A DNA stretch of 64,000 nucleotides from Vicugna vicugna (GCA_013265495.1 MU058636.1:6297741-6361740); one strand, 5' to 3'; positions 12,861 through 25,484 are shown, counted from the first letter of the stretch. A program made the numbers and translations. Notes: a model not told the origin generated them from the letters alone.

Positions 12861-13841
12861 CCCTCTCCGCATGGACTTGGCCCCACTCTGTGCAGCACCT
12901 GGTCAGAGCTCTCCAGTCTTCTCTTCTTCTAACTCTGAATTCTCTTAGGTCTTGCTCCCTTTCATTCCTAACAGACCCCCCTCTCCATTTCCCCTCCCTT
13001 TTTCTCTTCACCTGGCCATGAACCCGTGTCCTCATCTGGCCACAGCTCCGCTGCTTCTCAGCACATCTGTAACCATCACCACTGCATATTTCCTCAAGTC
13101 TGTTATTGCCTCTTTCCTGACTGCTCAGGGGAAGTCAGACCCTGACGCACTTCTGGATGGAGATGTGAAGGAAGCAGAAGAAAACCAACAGCCCCAAGGC
13201 CATAGCAGGAGAAAGCAAAGAAATGAGCATTTCTGTCTCTTTCTTTTGATTTCATAAATTCCAATTTTCTCTCCTTTAACGAAGGAATAACATTTCTCCC
13301 ACTGTATGTAATTGTTGGCTTACTTACCTATCATCTTCTCAGAAAATTTGAAGCTGAAACACGTATGTATATTTATATTATATTATATCATACATATTAG
13401 ATAAAAGTGACAGAGTGATATCACAGCCACTCCAAGCTGATCAGTGCTAAAATACATGCTGAAACCATGAGAAAGAAAAGATTTTGTATTTCTTCATAAC
13501 CCATGCCTTTTAACTTTCCAAAAAGGAACATTTAACAGATATTATAGTAAATATAACCAAGATATCAAAGACACAAAATAAATGGTGAGGAAAAGGTAAT
13601 GAGGAATGCTCAGGGTCTATGGTAATTAGCACTGAAGAAACCCCACTGATGCACCTCACATGAGGCAACAGTACTAAATATTATGACTTTCACTTTTTAA
13701 ACTTCTTTAGATTATTTAATTATTAGGTGTGGTCAAGAAGGTAATAAAAAGGAAATACTTTATTTAAAAATTATGCTTTACATATGATATGGGTTATCAT
13801 CATGAAATTAGCAACTTTTTGTCAGCAATTAAGATTTCATC

Positions 13842-14051
13842 AGGCTGTTTCCATCTCTTGGCAGTTGTAAATTGTGCTGCTATGAACCCTGGGGTGCATG
13901 TATCTTTTGAATTAAGGTTCCCTCTGGATATAAGCCCGGGAGTGGGATTGTTGGATCTTACGGTAAGTCTATCTCTTGTTTTTTGAGGAATCTCCATATT
14001 GTTTTCCATAGTGGCTACACCAAACTACATTCTCACTAGCAGTGTAGGAAG
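13842..14051 (-). mobile_element. L1 inverted 5' segment of a twin-primed insertion
   Basis: ORF 13800-14009(-) MENNMEIPQK...NPTPGLI...DTCTPGFIAAQFTTAKRWKQP matches L1 ORF2 C-terminus; left TSD aagatttcatcag 13831-13843. Confidence 0.9.
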
Positions 14052-14058
14052 AAAATCA

Positions 14059-14144
14059 TTTATTATTATTTTTTAACAGAGATACTGGGGATTGAACCCA
14101 GAACTTCATGCTTGCTAAGCATGCGCTCTACCACTGAGCTATAC
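14059..14144 (-). mobile_element. tRNA-Ala-derived SINE (Vic-1-like) at the L1 inversion junction
   Basis: Reverse complement gtatagctcagtggtagagcgcatgcttagcaagcatgaagttctgggttcaatccccagtatctctg plus A-rich tail; lacks the first ~7 nt; no TSD of its own. Confidence 0.9.
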
Positions 14145-14590
14145 AACCTAAATGTCTATCGACAGATGACTGGATAAAGAAGCTGTGGTATATTTATACA
14201 ATGGAATACTACTTAGCCATAAAAAATAATAAAATAATGCCATTTGCAGCAACATGAGTGGACCTGGAGATTGTCATTCTAAGTGAAATAAACCAGAAAG
14301 AGAAAGAAAAACACCATATGATATCACTCATACATGGAATCAAAAAACAAAAAAGAAAAAGAAAAAAAAAGAGACAAATGAGCTTATTTACAAAACAGAA
14401 TCAGACTCACAGACATAGAAAGAAACTTATGGTTATCAGTGGGGAAACGGTGTGGGAAGGGATAAATTGGGAGTTTGAGATTTGCAGACACTAACTAATA
14501 TATATAAAATAGATAAACAACAAGTTTATACTGTATAGCACAGGGAACTATATTCAATATCTTGTAGTAACTTATGGTGAGAAAAATATG

Positions 14591-15021
14591 CAGCAACATG
14601 GATGCTCCTAGAGAATGTCATTCTAAGTGAAGTAAGCCAGAAAGAGAAAAAAAAATACCATATGAGATCGCTCATATGTGGAATCTAAAAAACAAAAACA
14701 AACAAACAAACACAAACAAAGCATAAATACAGGACAGAAATAGACTCATGGACAGAGAATACAGACTTGTGGTTACCGGGGTGGGGGGCGGGGTAGAGGG
14801 TGGGAAGGGATAGACTGGGGTTTCAAAATTGTAGAATAGATAAACAAGATTACACTGTATAGCACAGGGAAATATACACAAAATGTTATGATAAATCACA
14901 GAGAAAAAAATGTGACAATGAGTGTGTATATGTCCATGAATGACTGAAAAATTGTGCTGAACACTGGAATTTGACACAACACTGTAAAATGATTATGAAT
15001 CAATAAAAAATGTAAAAAAAA
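14591..15021 (+). mobile_element. younger 5'-truncated L1 nested in the host L1 3' UTR
   Basis: Own 3' end (caataaaaaatgtaaaaaaaa) and TSD agaaaaatatg at 14580-14590 and 15022-15032. Confidence 0.9.
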
Positions 15022-15136
15022 AGAAAAATATGAAAACAAATATATGTATCGTAATGTATGACTGAAGCATTATGCTATACACCAGAAATTGACACAACAT
15101 TGTAAACTGACTATACTTCAATAATTAATTAATTAT

Positions 15137-15166
15137 ACACACACACACACACACACACATACACAC
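15137..15166 (+). repeat. (CA)n microsatellite in L1 tail
   Basis: Seen directly. Confidence 0.95.
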
Positions 15167-16039
15167 AAAAGAAAAAAGATTTCATCAGAAGAAAAGTAAT
15201 CTGAGATGCTTTGGCCTTTCATAAAAATTTTAATGGAGCAAGGTTTTCCTTTCTTCTTCTTCTCCCCCACCCTTCCTCCTCCTCCTTCCTCTTTTCCCTA
15301 GGTTGAGATTTCTTTTCTACACAGCAATAAAATCCAATGCCAAGTTTACTCACTCAGCCAATAAAAGCAATTTTTTTAAAAGAAGAGATTTTGTACCCTT
15401 GAATTTAGAAGCTGTTTCCCTATCTCTCATCCCCGGCAAATGATCTAACATCAAAATATGAGGAAATAACCTTTGAGTAAGAATTGACAAGGTGTTACAC
15501 TGTGATTCTGGAAAGAAAAATAAAAATCAACCCTACCCTCAGAAAAATATGTTCTTTCCAGTAAATAAAGTTGCAGGCTGGGAGATGACAGTTTATGGGA
15601 AGAAAGAGTTGTTTCAAACCCTCCAGCAGGATTTTACACTGAATAAGTGCCTTAAAGAAAAACCACAACTGTGAGATAAAATGCCACGTAATGAGCACGA
15701 CACAAGTTTCCTTTGTGCAGTTGAATCAAGAACAATAGACAATGCTGAAGTTGTCTGCTTTATATCTAGGTGCCAAACTCACTACCTGACCTCCAGCTTT
15801 ACAAAAGAAGAGTTGATTTGGGTTTTTGGTATTCAGAAACCAATTCGGTCGCTACTTTTAAGAAAGAGAAATCTCCTTCATGCTTAGTTTGGAATTATGG
15901 TTGTTGAGAGTCCCGGGACTCTATTTGCGATGCACCAGTGAGCACTAAAGCAGCTAACGATACAATACTACTTATTACAATTACTGATTTTGAAAAAGAA
16001 AAGCCTAAAATCAATAAGGAAAAAAAAAGAACTAGAATG

Positions 16040-16468
16040 ACAATTTTAAAAGTGGAAAAGGGACATGAATAACAACTCACAGAAGAAATGGAAATTATCA
16101 ATAGGATATGAAAAAAAATTCAGCCTCCCTCCCAGTAGTTAAAAAGAAAAATTCTAGTTCACATCACAGAGCATTTCTGACTATTAAATTAGTAAATATG
16201 GTAAGAAATAATGATGCCTGAGTTTGGCAAGGTTCTTGGGAATATAATTTAGTATGTCTTTTGAAAACCATTTGCTATATATATTAAGAGTCCTTAGAAA
16301 CGCATCCACTTTAGGCCCACAATGTCCTTGCGAGAAAACCAATCTAAGGAAATAGGAAATTGAACAAAGATACACTTACCAGTAACAAACAACCAAGTGT
16401 TAAAAAATGAAAACAGCTTAAATGTCCAAAAATAACGGAGAGCTTAAATTCAGTACGGTTTACATATG
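16040..16468 (+). mobile_element. ancient L1 (L1ME-like), left part, split by Tigger1
   Basis: aagtggaaaagggacatgaataacaactcacagaag...aaacagcttaaatgtccaa; resumes at ~19209. Confidence 0.6.
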
Positions 16469-16762
16469 CAGGCAGACCTCATTTGATTGCACTTTGCTTT
16501 ATAAACTTCGCAGATACTGTGTTTCCTACAAATTGAAGGTTAGGGCTACTCTGTGTCGAGCGAGTCTGTCAGTGTCATTTTCCCAACAGCATTTGCTCAC
16601 TTTGTGTTTCTAGGTCATATTTGGGTAATTCTCACATATTTCAAACTTTTTTCATTATTATTATACATGTTGTTACAGTAGTCTATAATCAGTGATCTCT
16701 GATGTTAATACTGTAACTGTCTGAGGGCATCATAAAATGTGGCCATACAACGTGGTGAACTT

Positions 16763-17664
16763 CCCAGCCCCACCCACCAGCAAGCCAGCAGCAGCCATGC
16801 ACCCCTGGGCCCCGGAGCCAGGCATGCAAGGAGCCTGCCCACAAACCAGCAGGCCTGTAGCCCTGCACAAGGCAGGGCCCTGCAGCCAACTGGAATGGGG
16901 AGCACTCTTGCCTACTGGTGCATCCAGAGTAGTTGACCTGCCACAAAAAAAAGCCCACATAAGGGGCATCACTAGAGCATAGAGCTCTAGTGACCAGAGA
17001 AGAGCATGCTGCCAGGCCACAGAAGACAACCCTATATAAGACTTACCTCTCCAAGATTGAGAGATGAAGTCAGCCTACCTAATACACAGAAGTAGACACA
17101 GAGAATTAGGCAAAACGAGGAGACAGAGGAATATGTGCCAAATGAAGGAACAAGACAAAATCTCAGAAAAAACTGAAATTAAAACAAAACAAAACAAAAC
17201 AACAACAACAAAACACTAGAAGGAACCAATGGTAAATTAGATTACACCACGGAACCAATGAGCAAACCGGAAGACAGAACAGTGGATATCACCCAAGCTG
17301 AACAGAAAAAGAAAAAAAAAATTGTTTAAATAAGGATAGTTAAAGAGACATCTGGGACAACAAAAAGCTCACTAACAATCTCATCATAGGGGCTCCAGAA
17401 GGAGAAGAGAGAGACAGAGTCAGAAAACTTATGTGAAAAAATAATAGCTGCAAACTTCCCTAACCTGGGGAAGGGAACAGACACGCAGTTTCAGGAAGCA
17501 GAGTCCCGAACAAGATGAACCCTAGGTCCGCACCAAGACACATAATAATGAAAATGGTAAAAAAATAAATAAATAAATAAAGATAAAGAGAGAATCTTAA
17601 AATAAGCAAGAGAAAAGCAACTAGTTCCAGACAGGGAAATCCTGTGCGATCGTCAGCTGACTTT
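16763..17664 (+). mobile_element. L1 internal fragment (end of 5' UTR + deleted ORF1)
   Basis: ORF1 N-terminus-like (acg)aggagacagaggaatatgtgccaaatgaaggaacaagac = RRQRNMCQMKEQD; later ataggggctccagaaggagaagag and tcagctgacttt (SADF); no poly-A tail. Confidence 0.85.
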
Positions 17665-17695
17665 TAAGAAAAGAGGCCATCTCTGTAACATAAAA

Positions 17696-18789
17696 ATGCA
17701 AGGTGAAGTAGCAAGTGCTGATGTAGAAGTTGTAGCAGGTTATCTAGAAGATCGAGCTAAGACCATTAATGAAGGAGGCTACACTAAACAACATATTTTC
17801 AATGCAGATGAAACGGTCTTAGATGGGAAGCAGATGCCAGCCAGGACTTTCATAGCCAGAGGGGAGAAGTCAATGTCTGGCTTCGAAGGACAGGCTGGTT
17901 CTCCTGTTAGGGGCAACTTTAAGTTGAATCCAGTGCTCATTTACCATTCTGAAAATCTGAGGGCCCTTAAGAATTATGCTAAATCAATTCTGCCTGTGCT
18001 CTATAAACGGAACAACAAAGCCTGGATGACAGCACATTTGTTTACAACATGGTTTACTGAATATTTTAAGCCTAATGATGAGACCTACAGCTCAGGAAAA
18101 AAGATTCCTTTTAAAATATCACTGCTCAGCGACAATGTACCCGGTCACCCAAGAGCTCTGATGGAGAGGGACAAGGAGATTCATGTTGTTGTTGTGTCTA
18201 CTAACACAACCTCCATTCTGCAGCCCATGGATAAAGGAGTAAGTTGACTTTCAAGTCTTCTTATTACTTAAAAAATACATTTCATAAGGCTATAGCTGCC
18301 ACGTAAAGTGATTCTGCTGATGGATCTGGGCAAAGCCAGCGGAAAACTTTCTGGAAAGGATTTACCACTAAGAACATTTATGATTCATAGGAAGAGGTCA
18401 AATTATCAATATTAACAGGATTTTGGAAGAAGTTGATTCCAACTCTCATGGATGACTTTGAGGGGTTCAAGACTTCAGTGGAGGAAGTAACTGCAGACAT
18501 GGGGGGAATAGCAAGAGAACTAGAATTAGAAGTGGGGCCTGAAGATGTGACTGGATTGCTGCAATCTCCTAATAGAACCTTCATGGATGAGGAGCTGCTT
18601 CTTATGGATGAGCGAAGAAAGTGGTTTCCTGAGGTAGAAGCTACTCCTGGTGAAGATGCTGTGAAGATTGGTGAAATGACAATAGAGAAGTCAGACTATC
18701 ACATAAACTTAGTTCATAAAGCAGTAGCAGACTTGAGAGGATTGACTCCAATGTTGAAAGAAGTTCTGCGGTGGGTAAAATGTCATTAA
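17696..18789 (+). pseudogene. Tigger1 transposase remnant (DDE_1 domain, frameshifted)
   Basis: ORFs 17696-18247 and 18433-18789 contain [50 protein letters not shown]-terminal HTH missing; frame broken after QPMDKGV. Confidence 0.9.
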
Positions 18790-19208
18790 ACAGCACTGCA
18801 TGCTTCAGAGAAATTGTTTGTGAAAGCAAGAGTCTGTGAAGTGGCCAACTTCATTGTTGTCTTGTTTCAAGAAACTGCCACAGCCACCCCCACCTTCTGC
18901 AACCACAACCCTGATCTCAGTCAGCAGTCATCAACACTGAGGCCAGACCTCCACCGGCAAAAAGATTATGACTCGCTGGAGGCTCAGATGATGGTTAGCA
19001 TTTTTTCAGCAATAAAGTACCTTTTAATTAAGGCATGTACACTGATTTTTAGAGATAATACGATTGCACGCATAATGGACTATAGTATAGTGTAAACATA
19101 ACTTTCATATGTACTGAGAAACAAAAAAACATGGGATGCACTTTATTACAATATCCACTTTATTGCTGTGATCTGGAACTAAGCTAGCACTGTTTCTGAG
19201 GTTTACTA

Positions 19209-19590
19209 TGGAATATCATTGCAGTATCAAAAATGGATGAAATTGGGAAATGCTCACGACACAATGTTAGGTGAAAACAAGGTCATAACATTATTGATAT
19301 AATCTAATACTAATTTTGTAAAATATATACTCATACGTAGAAACATGTATCCACATATGCAAAATTAATCCTGAATTCACAAACACGAAAATCTTCATGT
19401 TTATGCAGGGGTCAGAATAAGAATGGAAAAATACATCAAAATTGTAATCAGAGTCACCTCTGTTTATGAAGAGACAAGAAAAAGAATAGGAAATAGAGAT
19501 ATCAAAATTGACTAAAAGGTGATTTTAGTTGTTTTTTGTTTGTTTGTTTGTTTTGGTACCTTTCTGTGTTTTCCAATTTTCCTGGAGAAA
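19209..19590 (+). mobile_element. ancient L1 (L1ME-like), right part
   Basis: tggaatatcattgcagtatcaaaaatg...aatgttaggtgaaaacaagg continues the fragment ending at 16468. Confidence 0.55.
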
Positions 19591-19594
19591 GCAA

Positions 19595-20085
19595 TATATC
19601 AACTGAGATTTATTTGACTGCAGCTCAATTCAACTAACTTGAGAAATAAAGGAAATGTATTGGCTTTCAAGATACAAAATTCTGGGATAGGCATTGCCTC
19701 AAGGGTAGCCAAATACAGTGGCTCAAAGGAATTTATCCAGGATTCAGTTTCTTTCCTCTTATATTTCCTGTTTTGACTCCTTCTCAGAAAGATTCCCCCT
19801 TGGGGTCCCAGTTCTAGGGACTAAATATTTCCAAGTTCAAACTGACATGCCCAGCAAAACTCCCAAGATCCATTCTGATGGATCAAGGTCTGCCTTGAGT
19901 CATGTGCTCAAAATGAACCCATTGCATGTCAGGAGAATACTAAGCACTTGATTGACTCAGGTCATGTGCTCTGTCCTAGGCTCTCTGCGAGCTCTACCCA
20001 GATCAAGTAAAGTGAAAATTAGAAAAAGACAGATACTCAAATAAAAATCCAAGCTACTGTCAAGAAAGGGAGTTAAACAACAAAT
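19595..20085 (-). mobile_element. MaLR LTR (MLT1J/K/L-like)
   Basis: aaaggaaatgtattggct...ggctcaaag...ccttgagtcatgtgctca...tgattgactcaggtcatgtgctc. Confidence 0.6.
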
Positions 20086-22867
20086 GCTGAATACAGACTT
20101 ATTTCTTTTTATAAGGGGAAGAATATAACAATATTTTTTTCAAACCCAGTGCTACCCCTCTTTCCCATTAACTCTGAATCCTTTCTCCTTTCCCAGCAGT
20201 AACATTTGTTCATCTGTTAATATCATCACATGATGAACTGCTCAGTTTGCCAAAGGCAAATCTATTGCTCAAATACATTGTAACTGCTGGTGATATTTCT
20301 CATAAATATTAAGAAAGAGCGACAAGGTAAAAATCATGTATCCTGGTAGAATTCAAAGAAAAATTAAAACCTGTTACTGTCAATATTTGACTCTATGTCT
20401 TTTTCTCCAATTGTCACGCCAAACAATAAAATGACTCTACTGCGTTGCATTGTTGGTTTGAAGTATCATTAGAGAGACAGAGAAAGACAAGAAGAAAGCG
20501 AGAGAATGAGATTGCGCTGTTAGCTTCACCTAGCCCAATACTACTTTGCCTTATCTGGTAATGTCGGCAACATTTGCCAATTTGGTAACATAACTTTATC
20601 TAGACTGAATTTGGAAATTATTTTAAATATATTCTTCTGATTTATTCATGGTCTGTTCATTTTTCAGTAGCAATGCTTTTGAAATGGAAGGCAGACTTTT
20701 CAAGCCTTTCTTCACTTATCTAAAAGTGAATGATTTTGGAGGGCACACTTTTACTCCACCTCATGGAGATAATTTCTTCTTGAAAAACCTCTTGTTAAGT
20801 GAATTCTCATAAGTAAAAAACATAATAACCATTAAATTTTATGAACACCGATTTATGCTAAGACAACACCAAAGCCCGTTAAAATCAGCTCAATTACTTC
20901 AACAGTCACATCAGTTAAACAACCTAATAAGGCCTTTTTGCTTCATTAATAACACCAAATTATGGCTGTTCATCTATTCTCATTAAGTTCTTGCAAAGCT
21001 ATTATGTTATATATACTTAAGATTATTCTTACAAATAAAACACATTGGATACTCAATATTTAAATAGTTCAGTCTTTATCACCAAAAAAAACCCTCAACA
21101 ATGACCAAAAATTAGCTAAAAACAAGAGCAAATTATTTCACACTCAGCAAATAATTTGGCATCCTTAAGACACGAGATTATCATTGCTATAAACTACAAT
21201 ACTACTCCTCTGCAGGAACTTTAATGCATCACAGTCCATCAGTGACAGTGAACGTGGCTATGTGGTGCTTCTGGGCTGGCAAAGTTCTGCTGCCCATGTG
21301 ACATCTGAAATCCAAATCTGCCCTTGTAAGTGCAAAGCAATGCCCTGTAAGCCAAAGCTTTGTAAAAAAATAAAATCCATGTCCCTCCACTCCATGTCAC
21401 CTACCCAATACCTCAGAGCAACTGACAGTTTTAGACTGCTCGCGTGACAATCACACCCAATAATGAGCATCATCAATATCTTCTGAAATAGTATTTTTTT
21501 AAATGTTTCATTTTCCTTAACTAGTTGAAGATAATTGTTTTCAATCACTTGGCAAAGTATCTCAATTTCCACCCCATTGTCTAATCAATGAAAACACATT
21601 AACAGCACATCATCACAATCATTATTCCATGTGGAAAATTTGCTGAATCCGAATGTCTTTGAAGGAAAACTGCTATAAGCGCCAACCTTCACTGCAACCG
21701 TGACAGAATGAGATGGAAAAATCACCTTTTACCTCCTCCTTCCGGTCCTTCTCTTCATAACGGCAAATTAGCTGTCAATCCTTTACCTAGCTTTATTGGC
21801 TTTATTACCAAGGATACTATCCTGAGAAAACACAGCTCAAGGACAAAGACCAGCTCTAAAATTGCAGTATGACCAACAACACTTGAGTTTTTTTTTCCCT
21901 TTTGAAAGAAGGTACAAAACAGGAAATGAGCTTTAGCCTTTACTGCCACCTTGTCTCGAGAGTTCAATAAAGAGCTGAAATGAAGTATGCTTCAGACTCT
22001 AAAGGTAATGATGAAATGGGAGGGAAAGTGTTCTTCAACACTATAGAAGCCTCTTCAGCCATACTAATAATATTTTAAAGAAATGGCCCATAATGGCATC
22101 AAGCGTTCCATGTTTTGTTCAGCCCATCTATAGTGCATCAACAGGCTTTTTGTAAAAGTGTGTGAAATACTTTGAGCTGAGAGCTGTAGCCTTAGCCTTC
22201 TCGAGATGCTATCTACAGGTTGTCATGGTAACTCACAGGACACCATCTTTAAAAACATTAAATTCTTAGGAAAAATACACACAGAGAAATTTCAGCCCTA
22301 AAAGCTATTCCCTCAGACAAATTGTCCATTAGCCTGCATATGTCTGTTCTTTTAAAGCTTTGCTTTGATTTTTATTTTCATTGCACTGCTCAATGAATTC
22401 GGAACTCTGAAACAAGTAAAAAGAAAAAATGAAGTCTTTCATTATAGATTTTCCGTGATAAGTTCTACACTAGTTTTAAACTGAATGACACTGCTCCCAC
22501 AATCCCACGTTTTCCTTTTCAGTTGACTTTGTCCTGTAACCAATATTAAAGTGAGGGATTTCTCCCTTACTTTGAAACTACTAGTTCTACATGTCAATCC
22601 ATGTGCCAATAGTTTGGAGACATAGTAACTTTCCTCCTCTCCTACAGCACTAATTTTGTGTGCCAGTCATGTAGGACTTAACAGATTTGACCTTGAATCT
22701 TTAGCTCTCTTCACATTAGCATCTGCTAACCCTCTAGCTGGATTATAAGCTATTAGAAGACTGGGAGGGTACTATAAACTCTTTGTATCTCCAGAGTTAG
22801 GAGCACTACAACACAGGGGAACAGTAAATATTTTGTGACTTAGAACCCAACTTTAAAAATAATGACA

Positions 22868-23015
22868 CTGAAAGGACCTTGGAGATCATCAAATGATGAT
22901 CCTATCCCCTTCTTTTCATAAATTAAGAGAATGAAACAAGGAGAGGTGAACTATTTTAGCTCAATATTATGTCTAGTTAAAAACATTTTGAAGTCAGCAA
23001 AGGGGATCCTAATTC
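22868..23015 (-). mobile_element. MIR3/MIR fragment
   Basis: gaaaggaccttggagatcatc...ggagaggtgaact. Confidence 0.5.
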
Positions 23016-23258
23016 CCATGCTGCCAGTGTGGGGAAAGCAAACAGGATCAAATCTAAGATTCTTTATTCACAAAACAAAGCAGCTAATGGCCACTTCTGG
23101 TTTACAAACCTCATTGTGTTGCCATTTTGAGGTTCTAATTTAATAATCCTCTGTACCTGAGGGAACGTGCCAAGCATTGTCCAAATATAAGGTGTCAATA
23201 AAAGAAGGGTTCAAATAAAACCCATGAGGAAAGATGAATGGAAAAAAGGAAAAGAATT

Positions 23259-23704
23259 CACTCTGGCCACTTTTTTCAACATAGTTTTGGAAGTCCAAGC
23301 CACAGCAATCAGAGATGAAAAAAAAAAATAAAAGGAATCCAAATTGGAAAAGAAAGAAAATTGTAATTGTTTTGCAGATGACATGTTACTATACATAGAA
23401 AATCCCAAAGATTCTACCAGAAAACTACTAGAGCTCATCAATGAATTCTATAAAGTTGTAGGATACAAAATTAATATTCAGAAATCTGTTGCATTTCTAT
23501 ACACTAACAATGGAATATCAGAAAATGAAGTTAAGCAAACAATCCCATTTACCACACATCAAAATGAATAAAACACCTAGGAATAAACCTACCTAAGGAG
23601 GCAAAAGACCTGTACTTGGAAAACTCTAAGGCACTGATGAAAGAAACTGAAGTCGACACAAACAGATGGAAAGAGAGACCATGTTCTTGGATTGGAAGAA
23701 TTAT
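23259..23704 (+). mobile_element. L1 ORF2 reverse-transcriptase internal fragment
   Basis: ORF 23344-23571 FADDMLLYIENPKDSTRKLLELINEF.KV.GYKINIQKSVAFLYTNN is the L1 RT core; frameshifted; no tail. Confidence 0.95.
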
Positions 23705-25484
23705 TGGTAATCTTGAGCACTGTCTTGTTCTTAATTCATACGCAATTACCACACCATAAAGATGACTCCACTTGGAAAACTAACAGTAGGCAAAATTCTA
23801 ATCCATAGGCTTAAAGGCCTGGAGAAATTAGGAAAAAATAACCAGAATAAGGGAACAAGCTAATCAGAAATCTCAGATAGACACACAGAGTAGTATAGAG
23901 CAGATTCTCCTTCTTTTCTGAGTTTCTTTGTAGTTAATCTTTGACTGGAAGCTGTACTCTGCAGAATCCCATGTGCATATGTGCCGGGAAGATTCCTGTG
24001 TTCTGTTAGTTCATTTGTACCTTATCTATGATTAAAGGAAAGGCCACAGGGAATTAGGGAAGGACCTAAACAGAACATACCGAGATCACAGTGGTATGTA
24101 CATGTGATTTAAATTCCTGACGTACTGATGAAAAGGAAAGTTGATGGGTAACGATTTATAGGTATATTAGGCCCTTGTAACTTACCAAGTTTGCATTTCT
24201 CAATGAATACCCTCCACAAGGCTCAGAGGCTAGAACAGGTGTTCTCCTTCCTATTTATTAACGAGGCTTAGTGCAGATTTACACAAGGTCACACGCCAGG
24301 GAGTTCTGATGCCAGATCCAAAGCCTAAACATTTTACAGAAAGATTATGTTTTGCCTTTCCATTACTTCTGTGGGTCCCCTTCAAGACCGTGTCACTGCC
24401 TAAAAACTTCCTCACGAAGATTGAGCAGATGTGAAAAAAAGGAGATAAAAAAGCTATTTCATCATCAGTCAATAGGTGTGGGAGAGAGGGGTTTTGAGGA
24501 GCTTAAACTGAAGTTTGAATCAGTGGACTGCTACCCCATGTGTCTTCCGCTACAAAAAGATCATACCTGGTTCATTAATTAGAGCTTCTACAAAGAAAAC
24601 TAGATCAAAGGAGAAATGTCTATTCTATCTAGACCAGCTGGTTTTAAGGGAGATTTTAATACTAACTTTACAACAGCAATGGAAGCACATGGTCATTGAT
24701 GACAAATCATCAGAGCAAAGTTAAGAATAACAACTACCTTTGCAGAGCACACTACGAATTATTAGCAGTGATTAAGGAATAATAACTTAACAAATGTACC
24801 TATGCCAATAATCAATCATGGAAGTTTGTAGAAAGAATTAATGAATGGTTTTTCAGAGAATGCCTAAAATATGACTTCGTAAATTAATTCTTGCAATTGA
24901 AATTGGACTAGGAAAGAATGAATGACAAACACTGGGGCCATCCTGTACAAGGCTCTGGAGATTTCCAAAGATCAGTCATATCCCATCACTGGCCTAACAC
25001 TGGTTAGTAGAGTCAAGCCAGATTGAACAGATTCTGACACTGCTGGATCAGTTGGTAAAATTCCCATCCATAAAGTGATATAAAGTTAACTGCTTGGATT
25101 CCACGTAAGAGATAGCAAAAGGATCTAGGGCTTGGAGATCTTTTAATCAAATTTCTACTGAGGTTCTTCCCAGAGACCATGTCAGAGCTGGCCCCTTTGG
25201 ATGGATCTCATAACCATGAAATTCCTGTGCAGACGCATGCATACATGAGCCCAACTAGGTTTACATGCACGTGAGACTGTGAATAAAACTCTGAGATTAA
25301 TAAATCTGCTCCTAAAAAACTTAAGCTTTATGATGCTTCCTCTTCCCACCCTTTCAAAACATCTCACAGTTTAGGAGAATACTGACTTTTTGTTTTACAT
25401 CATCCCCTCAATTCTACAATGTGGCAATTTTCAGATTGAAAACGGCAGGAAATCAGAATGCACGTGAAGAATAAAGCCATGATT

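Larger units (their letters stand above)
14143..15175 (+). mobile_element. L1 3' segment (host element) with (CA)n-containing tail
   Basis: caacctaaatgtctatcgacagatgactggataaag...; 3' end gacacaacattgtaaactgactatacttcaataa; right TSD aagatttcatcag 15176-15188. Confidence 0.9.
16469..19208 (+). mobile_element. Tigger1 DNA transposon (pogo/TcMar), decayed, with an internal L1 fragment
   Basis: 5' TIR caggcagacctc; Tigger1 5' sequence (cagatactg...aaattgaagg); transposase ORF pieces; 3' end ctttattgctgtgatctggaac...ctgaggtttacta. Confidence 0.95.

Noticed and set aside
17696..18247. 183-aa ORF retaining all three putative catalytic aspartate motifs (ADET, DN, QPMD): a domesticated TIGD-like gene?
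   Set aside because: It lies within a TIR-bounded Tigger1 copy, lacks the N-terminal HTH, has a locally scrambled segment ([12 protein letters not shown]) and breaks frame after QPMDKGV; consistent with neutral decay.
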